From the IMG/VR virus record IMGVR_UViG_3300042691_027241, positions 11,563-75,562 of that record: 64,000 bases of DNA. One strand, written 5' to 3'. Both the position numbers and the translations under genes were made by a program. Positions 52,567-62,455 of this stretch are shown one piece after another (the first letter of the stretch is position 1; each line of letters begins with the position of its first letter). The notes under the pieces are model-generated. The model saw nothing but the letters and a program-made list of their open reading frames with translations, did no database searches and was not told the DNA's origin. Origin of the DNA: a virus.

Positions 52567-53882
52567 CTGTAAAAGGTTTTTATAACAAAGGCTATGTTTA
52601 TAATGAACGTGCTCCTTATTTTGTAGATAGAGATAATTTATCTGATCAACAATGGCAAAGACTCACAGAAAGTAAAAATTTCTGTATGATGCCATGGGTG
52701 CATATGCATGCCTTTCCGGATGGTCGTGCATATCCTTGTTGTTTAGCAGACTACTGGCACCCAGTCGGCGATCTACGAAAAAATACCATGGCCGAGGTAT
52801 GGAATCAAGATGCATATAAGACCATGCGTCAAAATATGTTAGAAGATAAACCATGCAAAGAGTGTACCAAGTGTTATGAGCAGGAAGCCAACGGATTTTT
52901 TAGTATGAGGAATGATAGCAATCGTAATTACGGTCATCATATAGCAGAAGTAGATAACACACAATCAGACGGCACAAATCCAGAATTTCAAATAAGGTAT
53001 TGGGACGTTAGATTCAGCAATCTATGTAATTTTAGTTGTCGCAGTTGTGGTCCAATATTTAGTAGCAACTGGTATAATGATCATATCAAACTTTATAATC
53101 GCAAGCCCGATGTACTCGGCCGAGACATGGCAAGAGTTGAATACACTGCTGGCAACGAAGATGCCATGCTTGCTCAAATGCTCCCACATATTCCGCATCT
53201 TGAACAAGTTTACTTTGCCGGGGGCGAACCGCTAATAATGAAGGAACATTACTTCATGTTAGAAAAACTCATTGAGCACAATAAAACTGATATTCGTATT
53301 CAGTATAACACAAACTTTAGCGAACTGAGATTTAAAGATAAACATGTATTCGACTATTGGCAACATTTTAAGAATGTTAGTGTAGGTGCAAGTTTAGACG
53401 CTGCTGGCCCGCGAGCAGAATTGATGCGTAAAGGTACCAATTGGTCGCAGGTGGTCAAAAATCGAGAGCGAATGATGCAGGAAGTTCCGCATGTTGATTT
53501 CTATATAAGTGCAACTGTGAGTGCAATGAATGTTTTACATGTGCTTGATTTTCACAAAGAATGGGTGAAACTTGGATTAATCAATGCCAAAGACTTTAAT
53601 GTGAATATCTGTCAAAGTCCGGACTGGTATCGTATTGATATATTACCCGACGATTTTAAAAGAGATGTAGTAATTCCTGCTTACGAGGAGCATATTGCGT
53701 GGCTCGAATCGCAAGATCAACTTCAACGAGCAACCAATGGCTTTAAAAGCGCACTAAATTTTATACGTGCCAATATGCGTAGTGATCTACTTCCCAGATT
53801 CAGAGAAGAAGTAAAAAAACTTGATGATATTAGAAATGAAAATTTTTGGAATACTTTTCCAGAATTGATTGCGATCAAATGA
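52563..53882 (+). CDS. Radical SAM protein with an N-terminal twitch/SPASM-type domain
   Basis: CMMPW...DGRAYPCC...CTKC; CNFSCRSC; GGEP; YNTN. Confidence 0.9.
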   Translation: MTVKGFYNKGYVYNERAPYFVDRDNLSDQQWQRLTESKNFCMMPWVHMHAFPDGRAYPCCLADYWHPVGDLRKNTMAEVWNQDAYKTMRQNMLEDKPCKECTKCYEQEANGFFSMRNDSNRNYGHHIAEVDNTQSDGTNPEFQIRYWDVRFSNLCNFSCRSCGPIFSSNWYNDHIKLYNRKPDVLGRDMARVEYTAGNEDAMLAQMLPHIPHLEQVYFAGGEPLIMKEHYFMLEKLIEHNKTDIRIQYNTNFSELRFKDKHVFDYWQHFKNVSVGASLDAAGPRAELMRKGTNWSQVVKNRERMMQEVPHVDFYISATVSAMNVLHVLDFHKEWVKLGLINAKDFNVNICQSPDWYRIDILPDDFKRDVVIPAYEEHIAWLESQDQLQRATNGFKSALNFIRANMRSDLLPRFREEVKKLDDIRNENFWNTFPELIAIK

Positions 53883-55087
53883 GTTTACCTAAAACAATTT
53901 GTATGCTACCGTGGATTAGCATTGAAACAAGTCCGATTGGCACAGCAAGACCCTGTTGTTTGGCCATAGAAGAGATACCCGACGACAATGGGCGTAAGTA
54001 TGATCTAAACGAAACAGATTTGCAAACGATCTACAACAGCACGTATATGCAAAAATTACGTAAGCAATTTCGTTCAGGAGAAAAGCCAGAAACATGTAAT
54101 CGTTGTTGGCAAGAAGAAGACGCTGGTCGCGCCAGCAAACGTATATATAGCAAAATAAGATTAAAAGAACTTGTAGACAAAGTTGATTATGCAAACGATA
54201 AACCAGATCAGCTTTGGTTTGTAGATTTGAAGTTAGGCAATATTTGTAATCTCAAATGCCGTATATGCGGCTCTTGGTCAAGCAGTAAATGGGCTCAAGA
54301 AGAAATTAATTATGTTCCAGAATTAAAAAATAAAAAAGACCATTTGGCTTATAAGTTTTTGCAACAAGGTGCGTGGCCAAGAAAAACACAGACCTTTTGG
54401 GACAATTTGAAACAGCTACTACCAAATATAAAATATTTTGAATTTACTGGTGGCGAACCTTTTATGATTCAAGAACATTTTGATTTATTGCAATATGCAG
54501 TGGATCAAGGTTTTGCTAAAAATATTGATATTCATTACAACACCAACGGCACACAATGGCCTGATGCACATGAATTATGGAGTCATTTTAAACGTGTAGA
54601 TATTGCATTTAGCATCGACAACGTAGGTAAGAGATTTGAGTACGAGCGATATGGCGCTCAGTGGGAAGAAGTTACAGAAAATATTCGTAAGTTTCACGAA
54701 TTAAGAGATCAATATCCTAATAAAATTACTACTCAAGTTTGCATGACTATAAATGTACAAAATGTTTACTACTTGGAAGACTTGTGCAACTGGATCAACA
54801 CACAAACATTTAACGATCATTATTTTAACATGTTACATGATCCAAAACACATGTGCATTGATGGGCTTACTCAGCAAGCAAAACAAATAGTAATAGAAAA
54901 ATTGCGTTCGGGAGTTTTTACTCCTAAACACCGTGCAGAGATTTTACGTATAATCAAGTTTATAGAAAATGGCGCCAGCACCACTGGTGAAGAGTTTTTG
55001 TTTAAAATGAAACAAACGGATCAGTATCGTAAACAAAGTTTCTTAGACACACACCCAGAAATAGCCAAAGCGATGGGATATGAATAA
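53879..55087 (+). CDS. Radical SAM protein with an N-terminal twitch/SPASM-type domain
   Basis: CMLPW...PCC...CNRC; CNLKCRIC; GGEP; ATGA coupling at 53879-53882. Confidence 0.9.
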   Translation: MSLPKTICMLPWISIETSPIGTARPCCLAIEEIPDDNGRKYDLNETDLQTIYNSTYMQKLRKQFRSGEKPETCNRCWQEEDAGRASKRIYSKIRLKELVDKVDYANDKPDQLWFVDLKLGNICNLKCRICGSWSSSKWAQEEINYVPELKNKKDHLAYKFLQQGAWPRKTQTFWDNLKQLLPNIKYFEFTGGEPFMIQEHFDLLQYAVDQGFAKNIDIHYNTNGTQWPDAHELWSHFKRVDIAFSIDNVGKRFEYERYGAQWEEVTENIRKFHELRDQYPNKITTQVCMTINVQNVYYLEDLCNWINTQTFNDHYFNMLHDPKHMCIDGLTQQAKQIVIEKLRSGVFTPKHRAEILRIIKFIENGASTTGEEFLFKMKQTDQYRKQSFLDTHPEIAKAMGYE

Positions 55088-56012
55088 AATAAATTTGTTA
55101 GTGTCAGAATCTGACTTAAACAGTTTTTGTTCAACTTGGTTTTCGGCAAGTATTAGAGATCATTTTAATTTAATTTATCATGAGCACAATCATGTTCACT
55201 CAGCAGCCGACACAGTGTGCGTAACAAACTTTTTAAACACCGATGCCACATGGTATCGTCCATATTTAGATCGTGGCTATAAATTGATTGTAGATCATTT
55301 CTGGGATAGTAACATAACAGAAGTCAGCACCGTTACCGATAGACTTACTATTAGAAATAAAAATTGGCTTTGGTATAACGAAAGTCTCTGGTATAGGCAT
55401 TTGGGATACCATAATTATATTCCTAATAAACAATACAAGCATGCATTTTTAATGTTAATGCATCTTAAACGCAATCATAGAGATCAAATACTTCATGCAT
55501 TAAAGAATGAACTTGATTCTGCTCTGTACAGTTATGTGGCCGAAGGTATAACACTTGATAATGATTTATCATATGCACACGGAGACTGGCAAAGATATTT
55601 TAATCCTACATGGTATGATACAACAGAATTTAGTGTTGTAGTTGAATCAATGACCAGTTCACCTACCTGGGTGTCAGAAAAAACATTCAAACCAATAGCG
55701 TATCAACATCCTTTTATAATTTGGGGTTCTGCTGGAACATTACAGTACCTGAAAGAGCAAGGATTTGAAACATTTGATCATGTCATTAATGAATCGTATG
55801 ACAATTGCACTGTTCCTTACAAGCGATTACATCATGTGGTAGATATAATTAAAATTTTAACAGAAAAATTTAATAACGGAATAAGAAGCTTTGATGACTC
55901 AGTTACTAAAGAAAAACTAAAACACAATCATCAAAGATTCTTTGATCAAACTCTTGTTCAGCAAAGAATTAACGACGAAATTGTTAGAGAACTATTAGAT
56001 TTTATAGAATGA
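55080..56012 (+). CDS. 'TEK' family protein, putative GT10-like glycosyltransferase
   Basis: VVVES...WVSEKTFKPI...HPF..G...LKEQGFETF...NESYD. Confidence 0.5.
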   Translation: MNKINLLVSESDLNSFCSTWFSASIRDHFNLIYHEHNHVHSAADTVCVTNFLNTDATWYRPYLDRGYKLIVDHFWDSNITEVSTVTDRLTIRNKNWLWYNESLWYRHLGYHNYIPNKQYKHAFLMLMHLKRNHRDQILHALKNELDSALYSYVAEGITLDNDLSYAHGDWQRYFNPTWYDTTEFSVVVESMTSSPTWVSEKTFKPIAYQHPFIIWGSAGTLQYLKEQGFETFDHVINESYDNCTVPYKRLHHVVDIIKILTEKFNNGIRSFDDSVTKEKLKHNHQRFFDQTLVQQRINDEIVRELLDFIE

Positions 56013-56683
56013 TTGCTATTGTTGGATCAAATGGATTAATTGGTAGTTATCTTAAAGAGGTAATAGCATACACGCATGAATTTAATTCTAATAACATAAA
56101 AAGCATTAGTAATTATGTATTTGATACAGTTTACATTGCGGCACCTAACGGTAATAGATTGACAGCCAACGCCAACCAAGATAAAGATTTTGAAAGTGTA
56201 CAGACACTGGTTGAAAATTTAAGACGTACTTCAATTGACCGTGTTGTGCTAATAGGAACGGTAGATAGCGTATTAAGAAATAATTTTCCTTACGGTCGTA
56301 ATAGGCTTTGGCTTGAAGAACAAATTTTGCATTATTTTGATAAATCGCATGTGTTGCGTTTAAGTGCTCTTATACATAAAAATATTAAAAAAAATATTTT
56401 ATACGATCTCAAACATAATGTATATTTAGATAAAATAAACTCAAATGGAATTTTACAATGGTACGATCTCAATAATTTAGAAAAAGATATACGTCAATCA
56501 ATTGACAATCAAACACAAATAATTAATTTAGTTTCTGAACCAATATACAATTTTGAAATAGTAGAAAAGTTTTTTCCACATTTAAAACTTGCCACGCAAA
56601 ATCCAGTGCGAGTATCTTTGTATCCTTGGATTTACACTAAAGAGCAAATTTTTCAGTCTATAGAAACATATTTAAATGAATAA
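56009..56683 (+). CDS. NAD(P)-dependent epimerase/dehydratase-like protein (short SDR)
   Basis: N-terminal GSNGLIG Rossmann motif; YGRNR in place of YxxxK. Confidence 0.7.
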   Translation: MIAIVGSNGLIGSYLKEVIAYTHEFNSNNIKSISNYVFDTVYIAAPNGNRLTANANQDKDFESVQTLVENLRRTSIDRVVLIGTVDSVLRNNFPYGRNRLWLEEQILHYFDKSHVLRLSALIHKNIKKNILYDLKHNVYLDKINSNGILQWYDLNNLEKDIRQSIDNQTQIINLVSEPIYNFEIVEKFFPHLKLATQNPVRVSLYPWIYTKEQIFQSIETYLNE

Positions 56684-57986
56684 ACCTGATACATTATGTA
56701 TGGCACCGTGGACCCACACATATCTAAGTCCACAAACTGAAAGAAGACTTTGTTGTGCAAGCCGCGAATCCGCAACCAATTTTCAGCAGTATATTGACAG
56801 CAATGCCGGGACAGGTAATTACATTCCTGTAACACTTGAACAGCATTGGAACAGTGATCATATGCGTAGTGTACGTCGCCGTATGATGGCCGGAGAAGTT
56901 TTACCTGAGTGCGAAGTATGTAATAATAAATTGCTTAACACTGACGTTTACCGTAGTTATTTCAACAATTTATTCCAACATAAGTATTTGCAAGTGCTTG
57001 AAAGTACTGACGAAACAGGTTATACAACCATGAAACCTGTTAGTTGGGATTACAGATTTAGTAATCTTTGTAACTTTAAATGTCGTATGTGTGGCGACAT
57101 GTTGTCAAGTTCGTGGGAAAGCGAACAAAGACAACATGATATGATCGATTGGTCCAATCCAAAAAACAATTGGATGAATCCTGAAATCAAAAAACAAATT
57201 GAACATTTCCAGACTAATCAAGTTGAAGCCGAGTTTGCAGCAGCAGTAGAGGACCACCGTGTAGAAGAAGTTTATTGGGTGGGGGGAGAACCGTTAATGT
57301 ACGAACAACATTGGCGGTACATGCAGCGTATTATAGAACTGGGAGACGGACCACGTGTTTATGCTCGATACAATACTAATCTTAGCCGCGTTAGTTATAG
57401 AGGTTGCAATCTTTATAAAGATGTACTCGCTTATTTGCGTGATTGGCAAATTTGTGCCAGCATTGACGGAACAGGAGCGATTGGAGAATATATCAGAACA
57501 GGCCTCGATTATCAAGCATGGCTTGAAAACTTTAAAGCAGGAGTTGCAATCGCTAAACACCGGAGACAAATGAGATTAGACTTCACACTTACCTTACCTG
57601 GTATGTTTGAGGTATTAAATATACAGCAGTTAGCTAAAGATTTGGGCGTTGACATCCTTGCTAAGGTTGTCTTTAGTTTTACACCAGACATAGTTATGTC
57701 GCCTTTATCCCTACCAAGATCAATTTTAGATGCCTGGGTAGATGAAATATTAAACGCCGGAGTAGCCGGACCATTAAAGGATATCTTAGTTCAGTTAAAA
57801 ACACGCCCTACCTTTCAAGAACAATATGGTACAGATGCTTATATCAAAGGTGTTGCAAAAGGCAAGGCTCGTGTGTTACAATTAGAATCTATTCGTAGTC
57901 AATCTATAACTATGGATCAAATATTATCAAAGAGAGCAGATGTATATGAGTGGTGGAATTCGATCAGTCAAAGTTGTTCTACGTAA
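56676..57986 (+). CDS. Radical SAM protein with an N-terminal twitch/SPASM-type domain
   Basis: CMAPW...LCC...CEVC; CNFKCRMC; GGEP; YNTN. Confidence 0.9.
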   Translation: MNKPDTLCMAPWTHTYLSPQTERRLCCASRESATNFQQYIDSNAGTGNYIPVTLEQHWNSDHMRSVRRRMMAGEVLPECEVCNNKLLNTDVYRSYFNNLFQHKYLQVLESTDETGYTTMKPVSWDYRFSNLCNFKCRMCGDMLSSSWESEQRQHDMIDWSNPKNNWMNPEIKKQIEHFQTNQVEAEFAAAVEDHRVEEVYWVGGEPLMYEQHWRYMQRIIELGDGPRVYARYNTNLSRVSYRGCNLYKDVLAYLRDWQICASIDGTGAIGEYIRTGLDYQAWLENFKAGVAIAKHRRQMRLDFTLTLPGMFEVLNIQQLAKDLGVDILAKVVFSFTPDIVMSPLSLPRSILDAWVDEILNAGVAGPLKDILVQLKTRPTFQEQYGTDAYIKGVAKGKARVLQLESIRSQSITMDQILSKRADVYEWWNSISQSCST

Positions 57987-59094
57987 TCCGTTAATTAAAA
58001 GTGATCAAATTGACTATACTATAGAACTAAATGATAGTCAATTAGCACAGGATTGGGCAGAAGCATTAAAAAAAGAACTCGTTAAAAAACGTTTACTTGA
58101 AAAAAATTTTTGTTTCATGGGATTCCCTCATACCCCAAGAAATTTGTCCTATCTGTGCAAAGAGTTAAATGACTCGGTGTACAGAATTAATGTGTTTAAT
58201 AGAACAAAGATCTGGGAAACAATGGGATTAAAACCTTTTGTAATTGATGACTTTTATGTTCCGGATTCTATTAGATTCGGTGATGAATATCCTATAGGAT
58301 GGGATGAATCAAATTTGGGATTAAGTATTAAACATGAAGTTATGAATAGACTTCATAATTATTTTGAGATATTACAAGGAACTGTTGAAAATTTAAGTCC
58401 TTATTATAAGTACGCCGATTACACTACAAAATACGCAATTAGACAACTAAACAATTTATGTCACGAAATAGAAAACTTATGTCTCAGCCAGCGTAAGCAG
58501 GCTACTGCGGCAGAATGGATACGTCCGAGTCAGATCACGACTTTTCTGCATGCAGAACGTTATATACTAACAGACGAGCATAAACAGGGTTTTATAACTA
58601 ATGGGTATGATAGAGTATTTGGCGGTGTTTATATGCATTGGACTCAAATTGGAAAAACACTGTTTGAAGTTTTTCGAGATGAAGGTGCGCCAAAGTTAAC
58701 TGATACAGTATGCGAAGCAATTACAGAGCTAAAATACTACAGTGGAGAATTTGATGTTGAATGGGGAAAGAGTGTGGTCTATAATGGAGCGCACGAATGG
58801 CATAACAAACAAATGAATGAATTTTATAAATGGTTAGAAACAAATAATAAACGAATTGATGATACTAATTTAAGTTTAGGGTATCTTCCTTTAGGACAGG
58901 TAAATCTTAGTGCAAGTTTTGGCACATTACACGAAGCCACTGTGCAACAAATTTTGAGTAATTATTTAGACATTCACAAAATTGAAGTAGATGGTATTTT
59001 GAATACATATGATTATTGTTGGAGCGACTATAATTACAAACAAATGCAAATTGATATGATGAAACCAGGATATGATTATACTAGCAGCCGGTGA
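57940..59094 (+). CDS. Hypothetical protein
   Basis: 384-aa ORF in the operon; no recognised motif. Confidence 0.75.
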   Translation: MYMSGGIRSVKVVLRNPLIKSDQIDYTIELNDSQLAQDWAEALKKELVKKRLLEKNFCFMGFPHTPRNLSYLCKELNDSVYRINVFNRTKIWETMGLKPFVIDDFYVPDSIRFGDEYPIGWDESNLGLSIKHEVMNRLHNYFEILQGTVENLSPYYKYADYTTKYAIRQLNNLCHEIENLCLSQRKQATAAEWIRPSQITTFLHAERYILTDEHKQGFITNGYDRVFGGVYMHWTQIGKTLFEVFRDEGAPKLTDTVCEAITELKYYSGEFDVEWGKSVVYNGAHEWHNKQMNEFYKWLETNNKRIDDTNLSLGYLPLGQVNLSASFGTLHEATVQQILSNYLDIHKIEVDGILNTYDYCWSDYNYKQMQIDMMKPGYDYTSSR

Positions 59095-59869
59095 TAGTTT
59101 TATATATGGAAACGAGTTACAATCACCAAATAATACTTTTACCTCAATACTCGGTAGAGATTATGAATATAAATGTGTAGCTTGGCCAGGTATTGGTAAT
59201 GATAGTATAGCAAGACGAACAATTAGTGCAATAGAAAAACACTTGTCCGAAGAACTGTTTGTTATTGTGTGTTGGACTTTTCCAGGTAGATATGAGTTTA
59301 AATTTACATACGATACCGGGCAACTTACAAGAGATTGGTATGCAATTACACCGTGGACTATAAAAGATAAACAGTATGTAGAAAAAGAATTTGTAAGTAA
59401 AGACGAAAAGGTATTAAAAGATCACAATGATAATTTTAATCGTGCGAAGCTTTCTGGAGTTTACACTTTTGCATCATTGTTTTATAAACATGTAGGAGCA
59501 GGTGAATATTGGGAAGTGTATTCTACGTTAAAAGAAATAGTGTATCTTCAAAATTACTTAAAAGTCAATAATATTAAATATTTGTTTACTTGTGCAGACA
59601 ATAATTTTTTATACAATGCAACAATAGATGGGCATGACGACACGATACAAAGTTTGTATAGACAAATAGTAGAAGATCAAGAATCTTGGTTTTGGTTTCC
59701 GGCTGGAATTAAACCCAATGAAACACAGACTCCAAGAGGATTTTATCAATGGGCACTTGAAAACAAATACCCAATAGGAACAACTCACCCTCTTGAACAA
59801 GCACATATAGACGCAGCAGATTTACTTAAGGAGAAATTCAATGACATGGTTAAAAAACATTTGGAATAG
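59072..59869 (+). CDS. SGNH/GDSL-like hydrolase or acyltransferase
   Basis: AGDSFIYG, PGIGN, THPLEQAH. Confidence 0.65.
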   Translation: MIILAAGDSFIYGNELQSPNNTFTSILGRDYEYKCVAWPGIGNDSIARRTISAIEKHLSEELFVIVCWTFPGRYEFKFTYDTGQLTRDWYAITPWTIKDKQYVEKEFVSKDEKVLKDHNDNFNRAKLSGVYTFASLFYKHVGAGEYWEVYSTLKEIVYLQNYLKVNNIKYLFTCADNNFLYNATIDGHDDTIQSLYRQIVEDQESWFWFPAGIKPNETQTPRGFYQWALENKYPIGTTHPLEQAHIDAADLLKEKFNDMVKKHLE

Positions 59870-59942
59870 AATTGTATTAGAAATACGTTATCGAAGAAAA
59901 TTACGTGAATTACGTAAACGAGATCCATTTATCTATAAATGA
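59841..59942 (+). CDS. Small basic 33-aa peptide MTWLKNIWNRIVLEIRYRRKLRELRKRDPFIYK
   Basis: Below the ORF-track cutoff; AAGGAG SD upstream; fills the gap between two SGNH genes; ATGA-coupled to the next gene. Confidence 0.7.
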   Translation: MTWLKNIWNRIVLEIRYRRKLRELRKRDPFIYK

Positions 59943-60592
59943 AAAAAAGATTATTAACTGTAGGCGATAGTTTCACCTACGGTGACGAATTAGATAACCC
60001 AGCGGATACAGCATGGCCGGCATTAGTAGCTGCTGCACTTGATTCTACACTTACTAACTTAGGGAAACCAGGACGTGGCAATACACACATGGTTAGAACA
60101 GTCGTAGAAGAATCAAATAACTTTGATGCAGTTATTGTAGCATGGAGTCATTTTGATAGAATTGAAATAGCCGACGAATATGATATATTTGATACATGGC
60201 CCGGGAGAATTAATGTACCATTTAAACATCAATATCCATGGCGAGCAAATGTAACTGATTATTATAGTAGACACCATAATGATGATTATCTATATAGACA
60301 ATACTTGTTAAACATTGTACTTGTACAATCATATTTAAAACTTAATAACAAACCTTATTTGATGTTTGATGTATTTGGAAATCATCAAGACCTAAGACGA
60401 ACCGACGAACGCAACAATGATTTAATTAAACAAATTGATACACAGTATTTTATAGGATGGCCCGATGAAGCAATGGTGGATTGGATGGGCGATTGTCTTA
60501 AGGGTCCAAGAGGGCATCCATTAGAACTTGGTCATCAACAAACAGCAGAACATATCAATGAATATATTAGGAATATCAGCTGGCTTTCATGA
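59939..60592 (+). CDS. SGNH/GDSL-like hydrolase or acyltransferase
   Basis: VGDSFTYG, NLGKPGRGN, GHPLELGH. Confidence 0.68.
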   Translation: MKKRLLTVGDSFTYGDELDNPADTAWPALVAAALDSTLTNLGKPGRGNTHMVRTVVEESNNFDAVIVAWSHFDRIEIADEYDIFDTWPGRINVPFKHQYPWRANVTDYYSRHHNDDYLYRQYLLNIVLVQSYLKLNNKPYLMFDVFGNHQDLRRTDERNNDLIKQIDTQYFIGWPDEAMVDWMGDCLKGPRGHPLELGHQQTAEHINEYIRNISWLS

Positions 60593-62039
60593 CGCCGCAG
60601 TTAGTGTAATTAATACACAAGGCGATATACTATTTGCTGCTCATAGCGAACGCTATAGCAAGTCGAAGAACGACTCAAACATCTGTCGCACATTAATGGA
60701 TGATGTGATGAACTACTTTCCTATTCATCATGTTGCATATTATGAATCTCCATGGAAGAAGCAATTACGTAGGTTATATAGCGGCGAAGGGATAGAGTGG
60801 AATCAACTATCTACCAAGAAAATCTTAACAGAACAGTTTGGAGGATGGGCACACATTCCCAGTTATAGTTCTCATAATCATCATCTCAGTCATGCAGCAG
60901 CCGGATTTCAAACCAGTACGTATGATCGTGCCACAGTGGTTGTTATTGATGCTATAGGAGAATGGGATACTATCAGTATATATGGTGCAGAATATGATAG
61001 ACGTGGTTATGCACAATATAAAAAATTATGGTCGCAACAATATCCCCACAGTATTGGCTTGTTTTATTCTGCCATGACACAAAGAGTTGGTCTTAAGCCC
61101 AACGAAGACGAATATATTCTAATGGGAATGTCAGCGTACGGAAGAACAGGACATGCTGCATCTATGCAAGATGCATTAATCAATAACGAATGGAATGTGA
61201 CGTTTAAGCACAATTTACATGCCGGGGCAGACCGCACATTTATGCAAGATATACACGATGCTGATATAGCTGCTGCTGCACAAAAGACTGTAGAAAATTT
61301 AATTTATAATGTAATGCGTCGCGCAAGAGATTTTAACTGGAGTACAAATCTTGTTTATATGGGAGGTGTAGCATTAAATTGTTTAGCGAATAGGAATCTT
61401 GGTGAATACTTTGAAAACGTTTGGATTATGCCTAATCCTGGTGATGCTGGTAGCAGCCTTGGTGCTGCCGCACTTAAATATGGGCGTCGTATTAATTGGG
61501 TCAATGCTTATCTTGGTCACAATATTCCGGGACCGTATCCGGTTACATCCATACTTGATAGTTTACTATCTGACGGCATTTGTGGTGTTGCTAATGGTCG
61601 CGCAGAGTTTGGTCCACGTGCTTTAGGCAATAGAAGTTTATTAGCAGACCCAAGAGGTCCACATATCAAGGATAAAGTAAATGAAATTAAACGCAGACAA
61701 AAGTTTAGACCTTTCGCCCCTGTTATATTGGAGGAGATGGCTGATCAGTACTTTGATTTCCGCAGTGGGTGGAGTAATAGCCGTTATATGCAGTCAGTCG
61801 CTCAGTGCAGGTATCCTGACCGTTTTCCTGCTATCTGTCATTATGATGGGACCAGTCGAGTACAAACGGTTCCGGCAGATGGTTCGGGAATCAGAGAACT
61901 GTTAGAAAAATGGTTCGTACTTACCGATTGCCCTATGTTGCTTAATACCAGTTTGAATATCAAAGGCGAACCCATGGTTAATGACCGGACCGATGCAGAT
62001 AGATTTGAAGTTAAATACGGTGTACGGGTGTTTTCATGA
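60558..62039 (+). CDS. O-carbamoyltransferase (NodU/CmcH family)
   Basis: ILGISAGFHDAA, ERYSK.K, HHLSHAA, GGVALNC, GDAG, EFGPRALGNRS, KRRQKFRPFAP, DGTSRVQTV, LNTSLN. ORF track starts at 60528. Confidence 0.93.
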   Translation: MNILGISAGFHDAAVSVINTQGDILFAAHSERYSKSKNDSNICRTLMDDVMNYFPIHHVAYYESPWKKQLRRLYSGEGIEWNQLSTKKILTEQFGGWAHIPSYSSHNHHLSHAAAGFQTSTYDRATVVVIDAIGEWDTISIYGAEYDRRGYAQYKKLWSQQYPHSIGLFYSAMTQRVGLKPNEDEYILMGMSAYGRTGHAASMQDALINNEWNVTFKHNLHAGADRTFMQDIHDADIAAAAQKTVENLIYNVMRRARDFNWSTNLVYMGGVALNCLANRNLGEYFENVWIMPNPGDAGSSLGAAALKYGRRINWVNAYLGHNIPGPYPVTSILDSLLSDGICGVANGRAEFGPRALGNRSLLADPRGPHIKDKVNEIKRRQKFRPFAPVILEEMADQYFDFRSGWSNSRYMQSVAQCRYPDRFPAICHYDGTSRVQTVPADGSGIRELLEKWFVLTDCPMLLNTSLNIKGEPMVNDRTDADRFEVKYGVRVFS

Positions 62040-62455
62040 CAAAACGAATACTTATAATGGGGTTGCCGGGTGCAGGTAAAACGACCTTGGCTTTGAATCT
62101 AATTAATTATCTACAGCCCGATGTGATCTGGCTTAACGCCGACGAAGTTAGAAAAAAATATAATGATTGGGATTTTAGTTCAGAGGGAAGACTCAGGCAA
62201 AGCACAAGAATGAGAGAGTTAGCAGACAAGGCACAAACAAAATATGTTATAGCAGACTTTGTTTGTCCTTTGCCTGAGATGAGAGGAATCTATGATCCTC
62301 ACTTTACAATTTGGTTGGATACTATAATCGAAAGCAGATTTCAAGACACCAATCAAGTATTTGTTGCACCAGATTATTATAATGTAAGAGTTACCGAACA
62401 AGATGCAGGCAGATGGGCAAAGGAAATATATGAACAAATATCACATAAGATTTAA
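62036..62455 (+). CDS. cysC: Adenylylsulfate kinase-like P-loop kinase
   Basis: MGLPGAGKTTLA, LNADEVR, DFS.EGR pattern of CysC-like kinases; shorter than canonical CysC. Confidence 0.65.
   Translation: MTKRILIMGLPGAGKTTLALNLINYLQPDVIWLNADEVRKKYNDWDFSSEGRLRQSTRMRELADKAQTKYVIADFVCPLPEMRGIYDPHFTIWLDTIIESRFQDTNQVFVAPDYYNVRVTEQDAGRWAKEIYEQISHKI

Noticed and set aside
43980-57986. Assigning the radical SAMs to known cofactor or base pathways (MoaA, QueE, NrdG, PqqE)
   Set aside because: Partner genes (moaC, queC/queD/folE, nrdD, pqq) are not in the window, and the domain architectures differ.
59072-62455. Saxitoxin or Nod-factor biosynthesis
   Set aside because: Only generic tailoring families are shared; core enzymes (SxtA/SxtG, NodABC) are absent.
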